Below the pieces are notes generated by a model. It was not told where the DNA came from, made no database searches, and saw only the letters and a program-made list of their open reading frames with translations. DNA of 64,000 nucleotides, taken from contig CAVRUC010000005.1 in the NCBI GenBank assembly GCA_963724295.1, forward strand, positions 32,001 through 96,000, read 5' to 3'. The position numbers were made by a program, and so were the translations under genes. Origin of the DNA: an uncultured Chloroflexia bacterium (lineage in GTDB: Bacteria; Chloroflexota; Chloroflexia; Thermomicrobiales; UBA6265). Positions 49,937 to 60,700 of the stretch are shown one piece after another (positions within the stretch are counted from its first letter, which is position 1; each line of letters opens with the position of its first letter).

Positions 49937-51454
49937 ATGATTGAGATGCGTGGGTATGACGTGCCCTCTATCGCGAGCGGTAAAGCGTTGGACCGGCTAA
50001 CTCCACAGCAGCAAGAGATCACCCGAACCTTGGCCGGCGCCTTCGGAGCAGCCGGCGAGGGGCTGTATCTCGTCGGCGGGACCGTCCGCGACGTTCTGCT
50101 CGGGCGCGCGGTAGCCGCTGATCTCGACTTTGCAACATCGGCCGCACCTCCCCGCACGCGCGAACTGCTTGAATCCGCGGGGGCCGCGTCCGTCTATCTC
50201 GTTGGCGAACGGTTCGGGACGATCGGCGCCGTCTTCGGTAAAGATCCGGACCGGTTGCGGGTCGAGGTGACCACCTACCGGCGGGAAACGTATCCGGACG
50301 AACATCGCTTCCCGGAAGTGGTCTTCGACGCGACGCTGATTGATGATCTTGCCCGGCGAGACTTCACGATGAACGCAATCGCAATTGACGCCAGGTCAGG
50401 CGAGATGATCGACCCATGGGACGGTGAAGCGGACATCGCGCAGTCGTTAGTGCGCGCGGTCGGAGACCCCAACGAACGATTCGCCGAAGATCCTCTGCGG
50501 CTCCTGCGAGCCGCTCGTTTCGTCTCGCAACTAGGCTTCAGACTCGACTGGCGGACTGAACAAGCGATGGCTCAGCAGGCCCTGAGCCTGGCACGAATCA
50601 GCCGGGAGCGAATCCTGGCGGAACTGACGTTGCTGTTGCTCGGCGAGTACGTCGATCACGGACTCGACGCGTTGCGACGGACAAAAATCCTGCACATTGC
50701 ACTCCCCGAGATCGAGCCGCTCGCGGCTGAGGCGGAGGCAAACCTCGCGCCACGGTTCGGTCGTGAGAAAGACCTCTGGGAGCATACGGTTCAGGTCGTA
50801 CGCCAGGCTCCAGCTCGCGCCCCTGTGCGCTGGGCGGCTCTCCTGCATGACGCCGGCAAACCGCTTACCCGGAGCGTCGGGCTCGATGGCGAGGTTCATT
50901 TTTTCGGGCATGAGCGCGTCGGGGCGGATCTCGCGGACCGAGCCCTGGGCCGGCTGAATGCGGACCGCACGCTACGCTCTTCAGTACGGACGCTGGTTGC
51001 GCTTCACGGCCGGCCGGCGGCCTACGACCCATCATGGACTGACAGCGCGGTCCGCCGCCTCGCCCTCGACACCGGGGAGGTCTGGGACGATCTCCTCGAT
51101 CTCGCGGCCGCTGATGTCACATCTGGTCGGGAACACAAGCGGATGGCCGCGTCGCGGCGCGTTGCCGATCTACGCGCGCGGTTCCTGCACCTTCAGGAGC
51201 AGATGGAGCTCGCCCGCCTCGAAAGCCCGCTCGATGGAAACGATTTGATGCGGATCTTCGATCGGCCGCCCGGCCCCTGGATCAAGGACGTCAAGAATCA
51301 CCTGAGAGAGCTCGTCATCGAAGGTGTGCTGTCGCCTGACGATCGGGACGGCGCCTCGCGGATCGCGCACGCGCTTCTCGCTCAGGAAGAGTCCTCGGCA
51401 GGGTCCGCCCCGTCGCTGGCTGAATCAGGTACGGTCGCTACTCGACGGCAATGA
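49937..51454 (+). CDS. cca: CCA tRNA nucleotidyltransferase with HD domain
   Basis: LVGGTVRD, DLDF, DDLARRDFTMNA, EDPLRLLRAARF, LLHDAGK. Confidence 0.9.
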   Translation: MIEMRGYDVPSIASGKALDRLTPQQQEITRTLAGAFGAAGEGLYLVGGTVRDVLLGRAVAADLDFATSAAPPRTRELLESAGAASVYLVGERFGTIGAVFGKDPDRLRVEVTTYRRETYPDEHRFPEVVFDATLIDDLARRDFTMNAIAIDARSGEMIDPWDGEADIAQSLVRAVGDPNERFAEDPLRLLRAARFVSQLGFRLDWRTEQAMAQQALSLARISRERILAELTLLLLGEYVDHGLDALRRTKILHIALPEIEPLAAEAEANLAPRFGREKDLWEHTVQVVRQAPARAPVRWAALLHDAGKPLTRSVGLDGEVHFFGHERVGADLADRALGRLNADRTLRSSVRTLVALHGRPAAYDPSWTDSAVRRLALDTGEVWDDLLDLAAADVTSGREHKRMAASRRVADLRARFLHLQEQMELARLESPLDGNDLMRIFDRPPGPWIKDVKNHLRELVIEGVLSPDDRDGASRIAHALLAQEESSAGSAPSLAESGTVATRRQ

Positions 51455-52601
51455 CCGGCGTCGCCACAGCGCCGGCCGTCGGCACTCCATCAACCAGGAA
51501 GACCGAGACGCCCGTTGCTTCGGGATCATCGAGCGCGGGCGCCAGGACGGCCACGCCCGACACGACGCCTGTGCCCTGCGTGCGCAGCGCGATTACCAGC
51601 GCCCCCGTGTCGGTCATGGTGCCACCAATCTCACCGCAGGCAACAACGCCGCCACCGGCATCGATGTCGTCCGAAACAGCGACGGCGTGTGGAGACTCGA
51701 CCAGGGTGGCAAAGGGAATGCCTGCTGTACCGAATCCCTGAGCCACTGAGTCCGTGCCGCCTGCCCCAACCACCGCGCCCTGCCCTGCCCGGACGATCCC
51801 TAGATCGGCAGCAACGATATCGAGTTCGGCGCAGGTTCCCGCGAAAATCTGGGCGGATCGCCCCACGGCGCGCGCAAGCTCGACTTGAACCGGTTCGACC
51901 AGAGCGGTCAACGAGCCGTCACTCACTTGTCCCACCAGAATCAGGTCCGTTGTCGTTCCCTCGGCAAAAGGTGTCTGAGGCAGTGTCAGTAGCGGCACGC
52001 CGGACGCGGTCTCGAGCAGATCGAGGTCGTACGTTCCGGCCTCGATCGATGCGTATTGCGAGGCGTCCCCGAACTCAAGAGGCTCGGACAGGGCATCGCC
52101 GGCGGTGAATATTGGAGTGATCTCATCAACGTCGGGCACGCCGCTGATGATCCGGAAGCGCGCCCTACCCTGATCCAGAGGACGAACATCGACCTCGAAG
52201 AGCCCCACGCTCGCGGAATCCTGCGTGCCAAGGAGGGCCGCATAGGCCAGCGTGTCGCTGCGGGTTGCGATCGTGCCAGAGGCGATCGCGGCTTCAGATG
52301 CCTCCCCCGTCGGGACTACGGCAAACGTATGCTCACCTCCCCGCAGGACAACGTTCCCGCTCGTCGACCCGAAGCCAATGCCAATCAGCACCAGCGACCC
52401 GTCAACGTAGATGTCGAGCGGACCGGCGTCAGCTATGCCGTGCACGATGCGAACACGTGCCCCCGCGGATCCGCCTTCAGCGTCCTGGATAGCCAGGCTG
52501 CTCGCTGGAATCGCCAGTGTCCCGAAAACCAGTATCAAGATCGCGCCCAGCGCCAGGAGGCAGTATCGAAAGTGACTCGCGACTCGTATCGCAGCCGGCA
52601 T
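51438..52601 (-). CDS. Secreted DUF4397-domain protein
   Basis: Signal peptide; ARVRIVHGIADAGPLDIYVDG duplicated beta domains; extra C-terminal domain with a Cys pair. Confidence 0.75.
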   Translation of the reverse strand: MPAAIRVASHFRYCLLALGAILILVFGTLAIPASSLAIQDAEGGSAGARVRIVHGIADAGPLDIYVDGSLVLIGIGFGSTSGNVVLRGGEHTFAVVPTGEASEAAIASGTIATRSDTLAYAALLGTQDSASVGLFEVDVRPLDQGRARFRIISGVPDVDEITPIFTAGDALSEPLEFGDASQYASIEAGTYDLDLLETASGVPLLTLPQTPFAEGTTTDLILVGQVSDGSLTALVEPVQVELARAVGRSAQIFAGTCAELDIVAADLGIVRAGQGAVVGAGGTDSVAQGFGTAGIPFATLVESPHAVAVSDDIDAGGGVVACGEIGGTMTDTGALVIALRTQGTGVVSGVAVLAPALDDPEATGVSVFLVDGVPTAGAVATPVIAVE

Positions 52602-52622
52602 CGGCGCCTCCAGCGGAACCGG

Positions 52623-52655
52623 ACAAAGGAAACCCGGCGATCCGGTCGCCGGGTT
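52623..52655 (-). terminator. Probable intrinsic terminator (minus strand)
   Basis: AACCCGGCGA-N5-TCGCCGGGTT 10-bp stem followed on the minus strand by a U-rich TCCTTTGT. Confidence 0.55.
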
Positions 52656-52715
52656 CCTTGACTTGGATCGTTTTCATCTCGCCGCGGAGCAATGGACCAG
52701 CGGCGCTCTTCGCGA

Positions 52716-52979
52716 CTACGTTGGGTAAAGAACCAATAGCAGCACGAGCGCTACCGCGATCAGTCCGACCACCCCAACTCCTCGCAGAAACAGATCCGAT
52801 GCGCGTAGCGAATCCGCTGCGCGCCGCTCGTTCTCGGTCACGCGTACCGACCCCTCCCCGATTGCGTCCCATCCCCGCGCCGCGCCATCGGACCGCGATT
52901 CCCAAGTCGCTGTCCGCGGTGTCTCCCGCGACGGGCTCTCAGCCAAGCCGATGGTAAGGGGGCCAGTGGCTTCTGTCAA
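52716..52979 (-). CDS. Small hypothetical membrane protein
   Basis: C-terminal TM helix; start overlaps the GNAT stop. Confidence 0.55.
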   Translation of the reverse strand: MTEATGPLTIGLAESPSRETPRTATWESRSDGAARGWDAIGEGSVRVTENERRAADSLRASDLFLRGVGVVGLIAVALVLLLVLYPT

Positions 52980-53815
52980 TCAGGGTAGGTGAGTTGCGGT
53001 GCCGGCACTGTTCCAGGGCCGTCAGAAACCTGTCCGGTCCCTCTCTGGTGACTTGCGCGCTCCGCCTTCCGCCTCGTCCGGGTTTCCCGGCGCTCTATCC
53101 GGCGCTGTTGCCGTGCCTGACGTTTGTGCTCCGCCTTGGAATTGCCCGCGGAGTCAGCCTCATCCCTGACTCCGGTCGCCAGAAACGAATCTCGCGACAA
53201 ACGCATTTCGATGACGCGAAGCTCCGTCTTGCGATGTGACACCCATTCCACGTGTTCGCCGCTCACCTGGAAGCCGACCCGGGAATAGGCGGCGATCGCC
53301 CGCTGATTGTGGTTGAAGACCTCGAGCCGAATCTCGCTCAATCCCATGTTCTCGAAGGCTTCTTCCGCCATGAGCCGGGTCGCTTCGGTCCCGTAACCCC
53401 GATCCCAAACGTCTTTCTCACCGATGACGATACGAAAGAGGGCCGAGACCCCATCCCGGCTTCGGGTTCGGTCGGTGAGCGCGGTGGTGCCGATGAGGCG
53501 TTTGCTCTTTCGCTCGTGGATCGCGAAGCAGGTGCCTCTTGCCGAAGACGGCAAGATGAACGTTTCGAAATAGCCACGAGACTGTATCGGGGTCAGCGGC
53601 TCGAGATCGTGTCGCAGCAGCTCAGCGATCTCACGATCCGCGTACCAGCGTTGGAATGCTTCGCGGTTTGCCGGTACGTGCGTTCGCAGGGCAACGAGGC
53701 GCCCCTTTCGCACGAGATCGCCTCGCTCCCGGTCCTCGTCGTCCAGACTGGTCTCCAGGTGCGTTGTCCGAAAGTCGAGACGGCGCCGTAGCCAGCGCTT
53801 GATCATGCCCCGCAT
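52976..53815 (-). CDS. RimJ/RimL-type GNAT N-acetyltransferase
   Basis: WDRGYGTEA, LEVFNHNQRAIAAYSRVGF. Confidence 0.85.
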   Translation of the reverse strand: MRGMIKRWLRRRLDFRTTHLETSLDDEDRERGDLVRKGRLVALRTHVPANREAFQRWYADREIAELLRHDLEPLTPIQSRGYFETFILPSSARGTCFAIHERKSKRLIGTTALTDRTRSRDGVSALFRIVIGEKDVWDRGYGTEATRLMAEEAFENMGLSEIRLEVFNHNQRAIAAYSRVGFQVSGEHVEWVSHRKTELRVIEMRLSRDSFLATGVRDEADSAGNSKAEHKRQARQQRRIERRETRTRRKAERASHQRGTGQVSDGPGTVPAPQLTYPD

Positions 53816-53866
53816 GGTAGCACCGGCTCGGACGCCGACTCGTGAGTGCGGACGCGGCGAAATGCC

Positions 53867-55009
53867 CTAGATGAGGCCCACCTCGGACAATAGTTCGAGT
53901 GAACCCCGCAGGTCCGCCAGCTCTCCCAGCTCGATTTCTGGATGACCGATCTCGGTCAGCGCGAGGAGCCCCTCGGGCGCGGCAACGCCTTCGATGAGCG
54001 GATACTCGAACGTTTCAGTGGCAAAATATTCCTGCGCTTCGTCCGACAGGAGATAGTCGGCAAATGCCAGCGCAGCGTCCGCATTATCCGCCCCTTCGAT
54101 CAACCCGATCCCTGCTACGTTGATCAGCGACCCGGGATCCCCTGCCTCAAAGAAGTGGTTAGCAACGGGAAAGTCTTCGCCTGCCTCCCGGCCAACGGCG
54201 TACACGTAGTAGTGATTGACCAGGCCGGCATCGATCTCGCCGTTGCCAATGGCCTGGACGATGGCACTGTTACTGTCACCAAAGTTGACGGTTCCGTTGG
54301 CGATCATCTCTTCGAGCCAGGCCCTGACCGCATCGTCGCCATCGATCAAACGGAACGCTGTGATGAATGCCTGGAACGACGCATTTTCCGGGGCCCAGCC
54401 AATCCGGCCCGCCCATACAGGATCGGTCAGGTTCCGCACCGACGCGGGTAGCTCTTCCGCGGCAAGGACCTCGGTGTTGTACGCCAGCACGCGCGCCCGG
54501 CCGGTCACCCCAACCCAGCGTCCTTGCGAGTCACGGAAGCGCTCTTCGACCCGATCGAGAAGCTCAGCGGGAAGTTCCGCGAATCGCCCTTCGTCGGCTA
54601 GCAGCCCGAGTGCGCCAGCGTCCTGGGAGAAAAAGAGATCGGCTCGGGTATTGTCGCCCTCTTCGAGGATGGTCGCCGCCAGCTCTCCGGTGCCGCCATA
54701 GCGGGCGTCGACAGCGATTCCCAACTCTTCGGCGTACTGCTCCACGAGCGGACCGACGAGGGTCTCGTTTCTGCCGGAATAGAGCGTGAAATCGCCGGCG
54801 CCCACGGCATCGCCCGCCTCAGGGTCCGCTTCCGGATCCGCGACCGGGTCCGCTTCCGCCTCAGCCTCGGGTGTTGCGGATTGGGCAGCCGCGGCGAGTG
54901 GACCAGCGAATCCGAGTACCAGCGCGCCGGCCGAAGCTACGACCAGACCGCGACGGTCGATCCGTCTTCCGTTGCGGTCCGCGAAATCTTCGAGCTCCTC
55001 GATCAGCAC
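53867..55009 (-). CDS. Fe(III) ABC substrate-binding protein (FutA/FbpA-like)
   Basis: AGGAGG RBS before GTG 55009; Tat-like IDRRGL; LYSGR, RARVLAYN, GLVNHYY. Confidence 0.88.
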   Translation of the reverse strand: MLIEELEDFADRNGRRIDRRGLVVASAGALVLGFAGPLAAAAQSATPEAEAEADPVADPEADPEAGDAVGAGDFTLYSGRNETLVGPLVEQYAEELGIAVDARYGGTGELAATILEEGDNTRADLFFSQDAGALGLLADEGRFAELPAELLDRVEERFRDSQGRWVGVTGRARVLAYNTEVLAAEELPASVRNLTDPVWAGRIGWAPENASFQAFITAFRLIDGDDAVRAWLEEMIANGTVNFGDSNSAIVQAIGNGEIDAGLVNHYYVYAVGREAGEDFPVANHFFEAGDPGSLINVAGIGLIEGADNADAALAFADYLLSDEAQEYFATETFEYPLIEGVAAPEGLLALTEIGHPEIELGELADLRGSLELLSEVGLI

Positions 55010-55075
55010 GTGACAAGACCCTCCTGCAACCGTACCGCCCCGCGCACTGTTCGAGCGCGGACGGCTCACCAATCC

Positions 55076-55100
55076 ATATCCGACTAAACCAGTCGGATAT
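55076..55100. promoter_or_regulatory. 25-bp inverted-repeat operator resembling an IscR type-1/Rrf2 site
   Basis: ATATCCGACT-AAACC-AGTCGGATAT with perfect 10-bp arms. Confidence 0.7.
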
Positions 55101-55305
55101 ACAAACGGTACGATGCGGATCGCCGGGTCTTCAAGTCGTCACGAGCTTCCGAGCTGCTTCCGCGTCCGGGTTTCGGGAACTCGACAGCACGACCAGTTGG
55201 TCCGATACTGGCTAAAGAAGAAATATGTGTGCCGATGCTGGCCCCGCCGACGCCACGGCGAGGCCAGTTTCGTGCTCCGGATCTCATTGCACTTGAAAGG
55301 CAACC

Positions 55306-56559
55306 GTGTCCAGTCTGGCGCTCACCGGAATTGGGGATAGGACCATCGCTCGAAACGTCATCCTCCTGATCGGCGACGGCATGGGTCAGGCGCATCGTTA
55401 CGCCGCTCAGTTACTCGCCGCCGGTCGTCATGGTCGGCTGGCGATGGACCGGCTGCCGTACTTCGGGCTGATGGGGACGACATCGGCCGACGCGACGTCG
55501 TTCGTCACCGATTCGGCGGCGGCAGCAACTGCAATCGCCGCCGGTGTGAAAACGCTCAACGGCTCAGTTTCCATCGATCGCGATGGACAGGAGCGAACAA
55601 CGATCCTCGAGCTTGCAAAGGCCTCGGGACGATCGGTGGGACTCGTCAGCACCTGTCAGATTACCGATGCGACACCGGCTGCCTTTGCCGCCCACGTGCC
55701 GCACCGGGCTGACCAGAGCGAAGTTGCGCGCCAGTACATCGAACGCACTGGAGCCGATCTGATCCTGGGCGGCGGGGCCGCGCACTGGTTCCCATATGGC
55801 GCAACTTTGCCTGCCAGCATCACGGTTGGCGCGCCATGTCATGGAATCGGGTCAGATGGCGATCTCGTCGCCCTGGCGCGTCAGCTCGGATACGAATTCG
55901 TGACCGACGCCGCCGAGCTGGGCGCGAGTCTGCATCGCCGCCGGCGGGAACCCGCAGGTCCACTACTTGGCCTGTTTGCCGCCCAGGAGTTCTTTGTCCA
56001 GACCGCGGAGGGGTTCGGCGCCATCTACGATCCACCCGTGGCGCTGGCTGATCTGACGGCCGCGGCGATCGAGATCCTTTCCCAGAATCCGAACGGATTC
56101 TTCTTGATGGTCGAAGAGTCGGCGATCGATCGCATGGCGCACCGCAATAATGCTCCGCTCACGTTGAAGGGCGTGCTTGAGTTGGACCGCGCCGTGCAGG
56201 TCGCCTTGGCTTTTGCCGCCCGCGTGCCGGACACATTGATCATCGTCACGGCGGACCATGAATGCGGCGGGCTCGCGGTGGCCGGCTCGGAAGATCAGCC
56301 TTACCCCTACGAACCGGGGGATGGACTTCTGGACACCATGCTCGCCGGCGAGGACGGCCCGTTCCCGGTTGCAGATGAGAGCTACGGGTTCGTTGTAGGC
56401 TGGGCCACGACTGGTCACACGGCGGCGCCGGTGCCGATTACCTCTACTGGGCCCGGTGCGGAGCGATTGACCGGGGCGTTGGAGAACACTGATCTGTTCC
56501 CGGTCATGATGGCGGCCATGGATCTCTCAGGTGTCCTGGCGCGCTCGCGAAGTCGTTGA
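55306..56559 (+). CDS. Alkaline phosphatase (PhoA family), no evident signal peptide
   Basis: NVILLIGDGMG, TDSAAAAT, DATPAAF, MVEE..IDRMAH, TADHECGG, GHT. Confidence 0.88.
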   Translation: MSSLALTGIGDRTIARNVILLIGDGMGQAHRYAAQLLAAGRHGRLAMDRLPYFGLMGTTSADATSFVTDSAAAATAIAAGVKTLNGSVSIDRDGQERTTILELAKASGRSVGLVSTCQITDATPAAFAAHVPHRADQSEVARQYIERTGADLILGGGAAHWFPYGATLPASITVGAPCHGIGSDGDLVALARQLGYEFVTDAAELGASLHRRRREPAGPLLGLFAAQEFFVQTAEGFGAIYDPPVALADLTAAAIEILSQNPNGFFLMVEESAIDRMAHRNNAPLTLKGVLELDRAVQVALAFAARVPDTLIIVTADHECGGLAVAGSEDQPYPYEPGDGLLDTMLAGEDGPFPVADESYGFVVGWATTGHTAAPVPITSTGPGAERLTGALENTDLFPVMMAAMDLSGVLARSRSR

Positions 56560-56582
56560 GCAGCTGCGCGAAACATCAGCCG

Positions 56583-57620
56583 TCATCCCCCGCCGAAGTG
56601 GTCAAAAGCTCCGGACGAAACCGTGCGCGGCGTGCCATCGCGTCCCACGAGCTCGATGGCCTGCAGGCCTGCTTCGCCGGCCACAATCTCACCTATTGCG
56701 GTGACTGAACCTCCCAATGTCCGCGCCGCGGCCTCGATCGCATCCCACGTGTGGCGCGGCGCGGTGAAAAGCAATTCGTAGTCCTCACCACCGCGCAACG
56801 CCATATCGACCCACTCGCCGGGGAACAAGGCTCGCACCGCGGCGGCAACCGGGACGGCAGCTTCATCCACCCGTGCGCCGACTCCACTTGCGGCCAAGAT
56901 CTTGGGCAGATCGCCGAGGAGGCCGTCACTCAGGTCCATCGCCGAGGTGGCCCCGTGTTCGAGCAGCGTTGCGCCAAGCGTCACTCTCGGTTCGGGCTTG
57001 AGATGCGCCCCGATAAGCTGATCGGATGTTGCGGCGCCACGCCGCGGATCCGCGGCGTCGAGTCCGAGCAGTCGTAACCCGGCTGCCGAAGCCCCGAGCG
57101 TACCCGTCACCCCGATCAAATCGTCGACGTTCGCACCCGAGCGGGTCAGGACCCGCCTTCCCCGGGTTTCCCCAAGAGCGGTCACGTGAACGACCATTCC
57201 GCGTGGCGAGCGGACAATGTCGCCACCGGCGATTGCCATTTTGTACCGTCGCGCAAGCGCTCCCAGTCCCCGATAGAACGCCTGAAGATCTCCGACGCGT
57301 TCGGTCCCGTCGAGCCCGAGCGATACGACAGCAAGCCTTGGAATCGCCCCCATCGCCGCGAGGTCCGAGACATTCACAGCCAGGCTCTTGTGGCCGAGAC
57401 TCTCCCAGTCTGTCCAATCACGGCGAAAATGCACGTCCTCGATCAGACTGTCAGTCGTCACCACGACTCGCTCGCCCGGTGCCGGCTGCCAGACCGCCGC
57501 GTCGTCGCCAATCCCTAATTCGAGGTCGGTGCCGGCTCGCACTTCGGCCGGAAGAGATGCGGCAAGAAGCTCGATAAGTGCAAACTCGCCGACATCGCGA
57601 ATACGACGCTTGTCAGTCAC
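56583..57620 (-). CDS. thiL: Thiamine-monophosphate kinase
   Basis: GEFALI, GIGDDAA, NVSDLAAMG, MDLSDGL, GGEDYEL. Confidence 0.95.
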   Translation of the reverse strand: MTDKRRIRDVGEFALIELLAASLPAEVRAGTDLELGIGDDAAVWQPAPGERVVVTTDSLIEDVHFRRDWTDWESLGHKSLAVNVSDLAAMGAIPRLAVVSLGLDGTERVGDLQAFYRGLGALARRYKMAIAGGDIVRSPRGMVVHVTALGETRGRRVLTRSGANVDDLIGVTGTLGASAAGLRLLGLDAADPRRGAATSDQLIGAHLKPEPRVTLGATLLEHGATSAMDLSDGLLGDLPKILAASGVGARVDEAAVPVAAAVRALFPGEWVDMALRGGEDYELLFTAPRHTWDAIEAAARTLGGSVTAIGEIVAGEAGLQAIELVGRDGTPRTVSSGAFDHFGGG

Positions 57621-57764
57621 CCGCCCGCATCTCGAGTCTCCCCTGTCCGGTAAGCCGGGTTCGTGGGGCTGGTAGCATAGCGCTCACGTTGGGCTCGGTT
57701 TGCCCTGGTCGACTCACGCCATTCTCCCTGGAGTAGCACCCTGACCGCACCGGCTGGCACCGCA

Positions 57765-60700
57765 GTGAGCACGGAACTCCTCGAACGATCCGCCGCACTG
57801 GCGGATGTTGCATCTGTCGGCGAACCCGGCCGATTCGACGACGCCATCGCCCAGTTTGAATCGCACTACCCATTTGCGCTCGATGCGTTCCAACGGGAGG
57901 CCATCCAGACTCTGCTCTCCGGTGACTCCGTCATGGTGGCGGCCCCGACCGGCACCGGCAAGACCGTGGTCGCCGAATTCGGCGTGTGGGAAGCGTTCAA
58001 GCGGACCGGCCGCGTCATCTACACCACGCCAATCAAAGCGCTCTCGAATCAGAAATATCGCGATCTGCGCACGATCTACGGCGACCAGGTCGGGCTCCTC
58101 ACCGGCGACGTGTCCGAGAACCGCGAAGCTCGCGTCGTGATCATGACCACCGAAGTGTTGCGGAACATGCTCTTGCAAACGCCCTGGGATCTAGACGATG
58201 TCGACACAGTGATCTTCGACGAGATTCATTATCTTGCCGATCCGGAGCGAGGCACGACCTGGGAAGAATCAATCATCCTCTGCCCCGATCACGTGCAGCT
58301 CATTTGCCTCTCCGCGACCATCAATAACGCGGACGAGATCGCGGCCTGGATCAGCCGCACGCATCGGCCGATCCGCCTTATCACTCACACCGAGCGAGCC
58401 GTGCCCCTGGCGCTGCACTATTTCATCGACGGCAAGCTCAATCTCGTGGTCGACCATACCGGAGCCAGAGTGCGGGACTTTCCCCACACGGGCGGCGAGT
58501 TGCGCCGCCAGGCGGCACGCGGCGGCTTCGCCAAGCAACGCGCCGAGCGCAGTACGCCCGAGATGGACGAACCGCAGCCGCGCGAGATCGTCGACGCCCT
58601 CGCCGCGAAAGACATGTTGCCGGCTATCTACTTTCTCTTCAGCCGAAATGACTGTCAGGCGTTCGCGGAGCGACTCGCGGTCATGCGACCGAATCTGGTT
58701 ACCGAACGCCAGGTTGGTCTCATCGACCAGACGATCGAGGCCATCCTGGCGGGGATGCGCCCCGAAGACCGGGAACTGCAGCAGGTCCAGACCATGACGG
58801 CCCTCGCTCGCAAGGGCATCGGGTTCCACCACGCCGGGTTGCTCCCCATCCTGAAGCAACTCGTCGAGGTGCTGTTCACGCGCGGCCTGATGGAAGTCGT
58901 CTTCGCCACCGATACCCTTGCCCTCGGCATCAACATGCCCGCGCGCACCGTCGTCATTGGCCGCATGAGCAAATGGGATGGCCGCCGCCGTCGCATGCTG
59001 ATCCCGAACGAGTTCCAGCAGATGGCGGGCCGGGCGGGACGCCGGGGCATGGACCCCTTCGGCCACGTCGTCGTCCCCTACTCGCCCTGGTTTACCTTCC
59101 GCGAGACCCTCGACATCGCCACCGGCGAACTCCACCCCGTCCAGTCCGCGTTCGCCATTCGCTACAACACCGTCCTCAACCTCTGGGATCCCCCGCTCGG
59201 GGAGCGGGTGCGCGCCTTGCTCCAGCAGAGCCTGGCTCAATTCCAGTCCAGCCAGCGCATTCGCGATCTGGAAGATCAGATCATCGCCCTCGGCGAAGAG
59301 ATCGATCGCATTCCGCAAGGCTGTCTCATCGGTCTGGAAGGTGGCGAAGAACTTCTCGAGGATTACCGCCGGGTCAACCGGTCCCTGGCCGCCGCTCAAA
59401 GTAAGGAGCGCCGGCTCGAGGGCGAGCGATCGAGTGTTCACCGGGATCTGCAAGCGACCACGCCGTGGACTGAGCCAGGTCGCCAGGCGCTCCGCCGCGC
59501 GTTCCGTGCCGCCCAACCTGGCACGATCGCCCACGCGCGTGACGGCGGTTGGGGCATTTTGCTCGGCAAAGGCTCCATTGGTGGTGTCGGGCGATTTCTT
59601 TTCCGGGACGGCTCGATCCGACTATTGACGGAGTACCGTCAGATCGACCACTTGACCGAGAAGCGCATCGAACTCCCGGCGGAATTCCAGAACCCGCCGG
59701 AAGACGTCACTGACGGTGTCGCACTCGGCGGCAAGCGCCGGCTAAACAGCCTCTGGAAGATCGTCGACAACTTGGGCCTGCCCGATCTCGATGCTATGGC
59801 GGCAGAGCATCGCGCGATCGAGGAAGAGCGCGCCGCCTCGCGCATTCTCGCCCTGGATGGCGATGTCGCCGAGGCCGTGACCCAGGCGCGATCTCTCTGG
59901 CAAGAACGGCAGAGTCACCCCTGCCACGAGTGCCCGCGGCGCAACGAGCATCGCGACTATCTCGCCCAGGTCGACCGTCTCGACAAGGATCGCCGCGCCC
60001 TCGAAGAAGAGCTCGGCCGGGAAATCGACCTCGAAGAGGAACGGTTGCGCAATGTCATTCGAGGCATCCGCAACGTGCTGCATCGGTTCGGCTATCTGCA
60101 TCGGGGCTATCCAACCGAGAAGGCGGACATGCTCGCCGAGGTGTTCGACAACGATGGCCTGATCCTCTGCGAATTGGTCGACCGCGGCGTGCTCGACAAT
60201 CTCCCTCCCGAAGATTTGGCAGAGCTCTTCTCCTGGTTCTCGTTCGACCGCGAGTTCCGCTACGGTAACCGCTTTGTCCTACCAGATCGACTCGTACTCG
60301 CCCGCCGCCGAATCGAGGATGTTGAGCACGCGGTGTTGAGCGAGGAGCGGGGCGAAGGATTGGCCATCTCCGAGGGGCACAATCCCAACTTCTATGGCGC
60401 CGCGCGCGCCTGGTCCCGTGGCGCCACGATGGCTGAGATCAGCGCCCAGATCGAACTGTCCGAAGGCGATCTGGTCATGACGTTCAACAAGACCATTGAT
60501 CTCATGCGTCAGATCTGGGAGATGCTCGTCAACGTCAAGCCGGAGCATCCATTACGCACCAGGTTGCAGCAGGCAGAGTCACTGCTGCGCCGAGATATTG
60601 TCGAGCACTCCTTGGCCCTTGGCTTCGCCCCGATCGAGCTCCCGGAGATCGCCCGTGGCGAGCTCGAGGCCGCGAAAGCCGAGCGCCCTGCAGCCGCTCG

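Noticed and set aside
57621..57764. TPP or c-di-GMP riboswitch upstream of thiL (minus-strand CAGGGCAAACC)
   Set aside because: No CUGAGA/ACCUGA TPP core, and the second GEMM hairpin is missing
58269..59534. Long antisense ORFs (e.g. 58269-59534, 43889-44980, 41591-42589, 1623-2537)
   Set aside because: Expected shadow ORFs in high-GC coding DNA with no recognisable motifs
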